Shown here one piece after another: positions 49,688 to 50,383 of a stretch of DNA of 50,383 nt (its first letter is position 1; every line of letters starts with the position of its first letter). The notes beneath the pieces are model-generated. The model did not search any database and was not told the origin of the DNA. It saw only the letters and a list, made by a program, of their open reading frames with translations. Made by a program: the position numbers and the translations under genes. This stretch comes from an uncultured Sphingomonadales bacterium (GTDB lineage Bacteria > Pseudomonadota > Alphaproteobacteria > Sphingomonadales > Sphingomonadaceae), in contig CADEEK010000002.1 of the NCBI GenBank assembly GCA_902826325.1, forward strand, positions 1 through 50,383. The letters are read 5' to 3'.

Positions 49688-50137
49688 TCAACGTTCCACC
49701 AAATGCACCCGCGCCAACCCCTGCATCGGCCGCGCCACCAAACTCACCTCGCACAATTCCAGTGCCCGCAACTCGCGAAACCGCCCCTGCCGCGCCGCTT
49801 TTACGCGATACCCGAACGACAACCCGCTGACCGCCCCCCGCGCGACCAGCGCCGCCAGTTCCGGCGCATCCACGCGCCCCGTCACGCGCAACCCGCGCGC
49901 ATCCTCGCCGATCGCCTCGATCACTCCGACCGGAGCCCCGCGATGCTGCCACAGCAACGGCACCCGCCGCACGCGCGGTCCGAACGCCCCCGCCCGGATC
50001 ACATCCCCACCGCGATCCGGCGCATCGAAAATCGCCGCATAGCCCGCAAACCGAACCGAAAGCCCCTCCCGTCGAGCTGCGCCCGCCTGCGGCTCAGGGG
50101 AGGGGTTGGGGTGGGGCCTGTCCGCTGGGCATGTCAC
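49688..50137 (-). CDS. HK97-family prohead protease (g4-like) with repeat-derived N-terminal extension
   Basis: RFAGYAAIFD..DRGGD, PLLWQH, GLSFGYRV, EVSLV..PM..LARV; nearest in-frame start is GTG 50137 overlapping the upstream stop. Confidence 0.88.
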   Translation of the reverse strand: MTCPADRPHPNPSPEPQAGAARREGLSVRFAGYAAIFDAPDRGGDVIRAGAFGPRVRRVPLLWQHRGAPVGVIEAIGEDARGLRVTGRVDAPELAALVARGAVSGLSFGYRVKAARQGRFRELRALELCEVSLVARPMQGLARVHLVER

Positions 50138-50383
50138 TTCCCCAACCCCCAAAACCCCAACTTCACCGCAATCCCCACCATCACCAGCGCCAGCGCCATC
50201 CGCACCACCCATCCGGCCACCGCCTTGATCGCCGACCGCTTGGCATCCCGCCATGCGCCCAGCAACTCGCGCAGCTCCTCCATGTCCTTGGGCGCATGGG
50301 CATCCTCCAGCCCCAACCGCTTCAGCGCCCGACTGGCGCCCAGTTCACCCGCCTCCTCGGCAATCGCGCGCAGCGTCGCGATA
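50134..50383 (-). CDS. DUF6127-like GTA small membrane protein (g3.5-like), 5'-truncated
   Basis: TLRAIAEEAGELGASRALKRLGL.D..A.KD..ELRELL.AWRDAK plus C-terminal TM. Confidence 0.8.
   Translation of the reverse strand, partial: IATLRAIAEEAGELGASRALKRLGLEDAHAPKDMEELRELLGAWRDAKRSAIKAVAGWVVRMALALVMVGIAVKLGFWGLGK

Larger units (their letters stand above)
37449..50383 (-). mobile_element. RcGTA-like gene transfer agent head-tail cluster (continues beyond window)
   Basis: Colinear protease-capsid-connector-DUF3168-tube-chaperones-short TMP-DUF2460-DUF2163-NlpC/P60-tail protein-DUF2793 order; no integrase or replication genes visible; borders core genes. Confidence 0.92.

Noticed and set aside
37449..50383. 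Active prophage
   Set aside because: No integrase, att site, replication or lysis module in view; very short tape measure and RcGTA gene order point to a GTA, although the upstream part is outside the window

Overview
High-GC alphaproteobacterial chromosome, most likely a sphingomonad (inferred from gene order and protein sequences). Bases 1-37,400 are mostly core genes. They include dps, an HI0933-family flavoprotein, glnB-glnA with sigma54/NtrC-type sites, a TonB receptor plus beta-propeller phytase pair behind a Pho-box-like array, ssb, feoAB with a Fur-box-like site, class I lysS, pgm-dnaJ-mipZ, panC, tRNA-Phe, yacG-RNase-maf-infA, nfu-rutE-tsaB-rimI, mucR, fur, plsC, two L,D-transpeptidases, nadE, a hybrid kinase, an FAH hydrolase and ompA. 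From about 37,450 to the end lies an RcGTA-like gene transfer agent cluster on the minus strand, continuing beyond the window. Main points of interest: (1) a 759-aa fused distal-tail gene with a perfect internal AGGAGG-GTG start exactly at the DUF2460 domain boundary, predicting two co-encoded isoforms; (2) a dispersed 39-40 bp perfect palindrome family with fully compensated substitutions, an invariant loop resembling a relaxase/T-DNA nick site, and an adjacent GCA-triloop mini-hairpin; (3) head-spike genes inside the GTA operon; (4) an antisense orphan gene and palindromic repeats invading the GTA operon, one read in frame at the N-terminus of the prohead protease; (5) frameshifts in infA and in the GTA hub gene, possibly assembly errors. 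All family calls come from recognising motifs by eye; no database search was run.
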